Of a DNA stretch of 10,633 bases, positions 7,438-10,633 are shown one piece after another. Below the pieces are notes generated by a model. That model was not told where the DNA came from, ran no database searches, and saw only the letters and a list, made by a program, of their open reading frames with translations. The position numbers and the translations under genes are program-made. The DNA comes from a bacterium. GTDB lineage: Bacteria; RBG-13-61-14; DATKZS01. Positions within the stretch are counted from its first letter, which is position 1. Each line of letters begins with the position of its first letter. Location: NCBI GenBank assembly GCA_046484135.1, contig JAWOBU010000201.1, forward strand, positions 1 through 10,633, in the 5' to 3' direction.

Positions 7438-9042
7438 ATGCCGAGAAAAGTCGAGATATATGACACCACCTTGAGAGACGGCTGTCAGGGCGAAGACATC
7501 TCGCTTTCTGTAAGTGACAAGCTGAGGATCACAGCCAAGCTGGACGAGCTCGGTGTTCACTACATCGAAGGGGGATGGCCGGGCGCAAACCCGCGCGACA
7601 CCCAGTTCTTCAAGGAGGCCCGGAAAACAGAACTCAAGAACGCCAGGCTCGCGGCATTCGGGTCCACCCGCAGGAAAAACCTGACCCCCGCCAAGGACCA
7701 GCAGGTAAAGGACCTTCTGGCAGCGGGCTCCGAGGTCATAACCCTGGTGGGAAAGTCATGGGAGTTCCACGTGCGCGAGGTCCTGGGGGTAACGCTCTCC
7801 GAGAACCTCTCCATGATAAAAGACACCATCGAGTACCTGAAACAGAAGGGCAAAGAGGTCTGCTTTGACGCTGAGCACTTCTTTGACGCCTGGTACAACG
7901 ACCGGACCTATGCCGAGGAGGTGCTCCTGGCCGCGGAGAAAGCGGGTGCAAACTGGGTCTGTCTGTGTGACACCAACGGAGGGTCCCTGCCCGTGCACAT
8001 AGCCGAGGCCGTGGAAAACGTAAAGTCGCTTCTGGAAGTGCCGGTAAGCATTCACTGTCATAACGACTCCGAGCTGGCGGTGGCAAACAGCTTGACCGCG
8101 GTAGAGCACGGCGCATCCATGGTACAGGGGACCATGAACGGCTTCGGTGAAAGGGCGGGAAACGCAAACCTCTGCTCCATTATCCCCAACCTGGTGCTCA
8201 AGATGGGGGTCTCCTGCATCTCCCGGGCAAAACTTAAAAAGCTTCGCGAGACGGCCAACTTTATAAACGAGCTGGCGCTGGTGCCGCCTTTTACACACCA
8301 GCCTTTCGTGGGAGAGTCGGCCTTTGCTCATAAAGGGGGACAGCACGCCCACGCCGTGCGAAAAAACCCGGAGACCTACGAGCATATAGACCCCGAAGCC
8401 GTGGGAAACCGGCGCAGGTTCATCATCTCCGACCTTTCCGGCGCGTCCAATATCGAGGCCAAGGCGGAGGAGTTTGGCCATCTTATCTCCCGCCGCTCGG
8501 CAGAGGCCGGCCGGCTTACCGAGCTGTTGAAGAACCTGGAGGAGCAGGGCTTTCAGTTCGAGGGAGCGGAGGCCAGCTTCGAGCTGCTTATGCACGAGGC
8601 ACTGGGAAGCAGGAAGAAGTACTTCGATTTGAAAGGCTTCCGGGTCATTGACGAGAGAAGGCCCATGGACGAGGCCTCCCGTTCCGAGGCCACCATCATG
8701 GTGGAGGTCAAGGACAGGGGCGAGGCCCACACCGCGGCCGCGGGAGTAGGGCCGGTACACGCCCTGGACAACGCTCTCAGGAAAGCGTTGCTCAGGTTCT
8801 TTCCCAAGCTCTCCGAGATAAGGCTGGTGGATTACAAGGTCAGGGTACTGCCCGCCGGCCTGGCCACCGCCAGCAAGGTCAGGGTCTTGATCGAGTCCAG
8901 CGACGGGAAAGACACCTGGGGCACCGTGGGAGTGTCCGACAATATCATCGAGGCCAGTTGGCAGGCCCTGATAGACAGCATAGATTATAAGTTGTACAAG
9001 GATGAAAAAAGCTCCGGGCAGAAAAAAAGAAAGAAGTCCTGA
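7438..9042 (+). CDS. cimA: Citramalate synthase (DRE-TIM LeuA/CimA family, Geobacter-type, with C-terminal regulatory domain)
   Basis: [75 protein letters not shown] and [18 protein letters not shown] match the bacterial CimA subgroup rather than classical LeuA. AAGGGA at 7424-7429. Substrate specificity is inferred from subfamily. Confidence 0.88.
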   Translation: MPRKVEIYDTTLRDGCQGEDISLSVSDKLRITAKLDELGVHYIEGGWPGANPRDTQFFKEARKTELKNARLAAFGSTRRKNLTPAKDQQVKDLLAAGSEVITLVGKSWEFHVREVLGVTLSENLSMIKDTIEYLKQKGKEVCFDAEHFFDAWYNDRTYAEEVLLAAEKAGANWVCLCDTNGGSLPVHIAEAVENVKSLLEVPVSIHCHNDSELAVANSLTAVEHGASMVQGTMNGFGERAGNANLCSIIPNLVLKMGVSCISRAKLKKLRETANFINELALVPPFTHQPFVGESAFAHKGGQHAHAVRKNPETYEHIDPEAVGNRRRFIISDLSGASNIEAKAEEFGHLISRRSAEAGRLTELLKNLEEQGFQFEGAEASFELLMHEALGSRKKYFDLKGFRVIDERRPMDEASRSEATIMVEVKDRGEAHTAAAGVGPVHALDNALRKALLRFFPKLSEIRLVDYKVRVLPAGLATASKVRVLIESSDGKDTWGTVGVSDNIIEASWQALIDSIDYKLYKDEKSSGQKKRKKS

Positions 9043-9454
9043 TCAGGCCGGACCCCTCCTCGCCGCCCTCGTGCTGACGGTCTATGCGTGGCTCTCGCTG
9101 TTTTGCTCCGTACCCCATGAGAGTAATGCCAAGAGCAGTTCCCGCCCCGGTTACGTTTGTAAGCCGGCAAGCAGAGGCTTTATAATCCGGAAAGAAGAGG
9201 GCAATAACAAAGAGCTCTCCGAAGTCTGCCCCCCGCGACTGCGGTTCCTCACCGGACACCGCTTTCCGCTGGAGACGGCGCAGAAAAAGGACCTCGAACT
9301 GTTGCCGGGAATCGGAGAAATAACCGCCGAAAAGATCCTAAGCAAGAGAGAAAGAACCGAGGGCCGGCTCGACTGGAAAACCATACCGGGCCTTACCGGG
9401 AACGCAAGAGAGAGCCTGGAAAAATGGGTCCGCCAGGAGAAAGAGGGCCCTTGA
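9002..9454 (+). CDS. Membrane-anchored helix-hairpin-helix (ComEA-like) DNA-binding protein
   Basis: Basic N-terminus, hydrophobic segment [17 protein letters not shown], then Hh[25 protein letters not shown] and a degenerate second Hh[17 protein letters not shown]. The start is uncertain: ATG 9002 overlaps cimA by 41 nt and has no clear SD; GTG 9071 is an alternative. Confidence 0.7.
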   Translation: MKKAPGRKKERSPDQAGPLLAALVLTVYAWLSLFCSVPHESNAKSSSRPGYVCKPASRGFIIRKEEGNNKELSEVCPPRLRFLTGHRFPLETAQKKDLELLPGIGEITAEKILSKRERTEGRLDWKTIPGLTGNARESLEKWVRQEKEGP

Positions 9455-9479
9455 AGAAAAAGACGGAAACGAAGAACCC

Positions 9480-10633
9480 ATGGCCATAAAAGGAAAATTG
9501 GAAGAGATACCGTTTCCCCGCCTGATGCAGTTTCTGCATGAGAAGCACGTAACCGGAAGGCTGGTACTGAACCGGGACGACCTGAACAAGGTCCTGTTTC
9601 TGGTGGAAGGCAACCCGGTGAACGTGGAAAGCTCGTTGCGGGAGGAGACCCTGGGTAGGTATCTCATGAAGAAGGGCAAGATCACCGAACAGGACTACGA
9701 GAAAAGCATCGAGCTCATGATCGAGCAGGGCATTCAGCAGGGAGCGGCCCTGGTCCGGATGGGGAAGCTCGCTCCCCGCGAGCTCTACCACGAGGTCAAG
9801 GCCCAGACGCGGGAGAAGCTTCTCACCTGCTTTTCCTGGACCCGCGGCGATTTTTCTTTTTATCCGGAGATAGACTTTGTCGAGAACATATATCGTTTCG
9901 AGACGCATTTCCCAGCTCTTATGTACGAGGGGGTCTCGAGATTTTTTCCGCCAGGCGAGATCGAGAAACAACTGGCCAAAGCGGGGCAGGGCCCGGTAAA
10001 GCCACAGCCGGGGTTTACGGAAAAGCTCTCGGAGTTCGGCTTTTCGGACCAGGACACCTCTTATGTCTTTCTGATAGACGGGGAGAGGGATTTGAAAAGC
10101 CTGAAGCAGACGGCTGGGAACGAGCCCCGGGCCATGAAGGTCTTTTACCTGCTTCTTTTAGGCGGACTGGTAGGGCCGGAAGGAAAAATCGAGAACTCCC
10201 TCCGCTCGCTGGGGGAGATGGAGTCGGAGCTTCCTCCGGTCGAGGAGTTTATGATCGCCTCGCCCACCGACACCTCGCCGGAAGTGGTAGAGGACAATGA
10301 GTGGGGCGAACCGTTTGAAGGATTAAATGCGGAAGAGGACTTTGGGGAAGATCAGGTCTCCAGCCAAGAGCCGGCAACGCAAGAGACGTCGCCGGAAGAA
10401 GGCGAGGAAGTAATTGACGACTGGGACTTCGCTTCTCCCGCCAAACCCGTGTCCAAACAAGAGACCATGATAGAAGAGGAAAAAATAAACGCGGAGGATG
10501 ATTTTTACGAGGGTCCGCCCGAAGGCTCCGTCTCGCTGGTGGAACAAAAAGAAAGCGATAAGGAGGCGGCCTCTGAAATAGAGGGGCAGGAAGAACCGGA
10601 CAAAGACGAGAACGAGATACTCGAGTTCTACGT
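9480..10633 (+). CDS. DUF4388/PatA_N-like domain protein with long acidic region; 3'-truncated by the window edge
   Basis: Hand translation from ATG 9480 is open for 384 codons to the window end: MAIKGKLEEIPFPRLMQFLHEKHVTGRLVL...KVLFLVEGNPV...LLTCFSWTRGDFSF. The G-x-L, TG-x-L-x-L, G and W-x-x-G-x-F-x-F pattern is that of DUF4388. Not in the ORF track because no stop falls inside the window. Confidence 0.85.
   Translation, partial: MAIKGKLEEIPFPRLMQFLHEKHVTGRLVLNRDDLNKVLFLVEGNPVNVESSLREETLGRYLMKKGKITEQDYEKSIELMIEQGIQQGAALVRMGKLAPRELYHEVKAQTREKLLTCFSWTRGDFSFYPEIDFVENIYRFETHFPALMYEGVSRFFPPGEIEKQLAKAGQGPVKPQPGFTEKLSEFGFSDQDTSYVFLIDGERDLKSLKQTAGNEPRAMKVFYLLLLGGLVGPEGKIENSLRSLGEMESELPPVEEFMIASPTDTSPEVVEDNEWGEPFEGLNAEEDFGEDQVSSQEPATQETSPEEGEEVIDDWDFASPAKPVSKQETMIEEEKINAEDDFYEGPPEGSVSLVEQKESDKEAASEIEGQEEPDKDENEILEFY

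Noticed and set aside
7756..8760. 334-aa antisense ORF, and similar ones at 1486-2109, 3805-4428, 5014-5613, 5721-6503 and 9393-9971
   Set aside because: They are shadows of well-conserved sense genes, expected from high GC3 codon bias, and show no motifs.
9092..9106. LSLFC as a lipobox in the HhH protein
   Set aside because: Phe at -1 and Leu at -2 do not fit the [LVI][ASTVI][GAS]C consensus.
1..10633. CRISPR array, tRNA/rRNA, IS/transposase, prophage or defence genes
   Set aside because: No spaced direct repeats, RNA gene signatures or mobile-element motifs seen; from 300 onward the window is filled by contiguous coding sequence.

Overview
This window holds a GC-rich bacterial housekeeping cluster, entirely on the + strand and tightly packed: a sigma70-type promoter followed by folP (long form), glmM, pdxJ, acpS, nnr, tsaE, lysC, cimA, a ComEA-like helix-hairpin-helix gene and a DUF4388/PatA_N-like gene that runs off the right edge. 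The last gene is absent from the supplied ORF track because its stop lies outside the window. The gene order resembles what I recall for Desulfobacterota/Myxococcota-type ('deltaproteobacterial') genomes; that taxonomic placement is inference. I see no RNA gene, mobile element, CRISPR array or defence system, and I cannot support a claim of a new multi-gene system. The items worth a second look are smaller: (1) an in-frame internal start in lysC that predicts a nested beta subunit; (2) a histone-H1-like lysine-rich tail on that aspartokinase; (3) an ~125-aa N-terminal extension on FolP of the type linked to dihydropteroate reductase activity; (4) a correctly spaced but degenerate MshEN-like motif and a long acidic tract in the last ORF; (5) a short upstream ORF whose stop overlaps the folP start. 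Several ORF-track starts were corrected (glmM 1555, pdxJ 2937, acpS 3662, lysC 6115). All family assignments come from reading motifs by eye; no database search was run.
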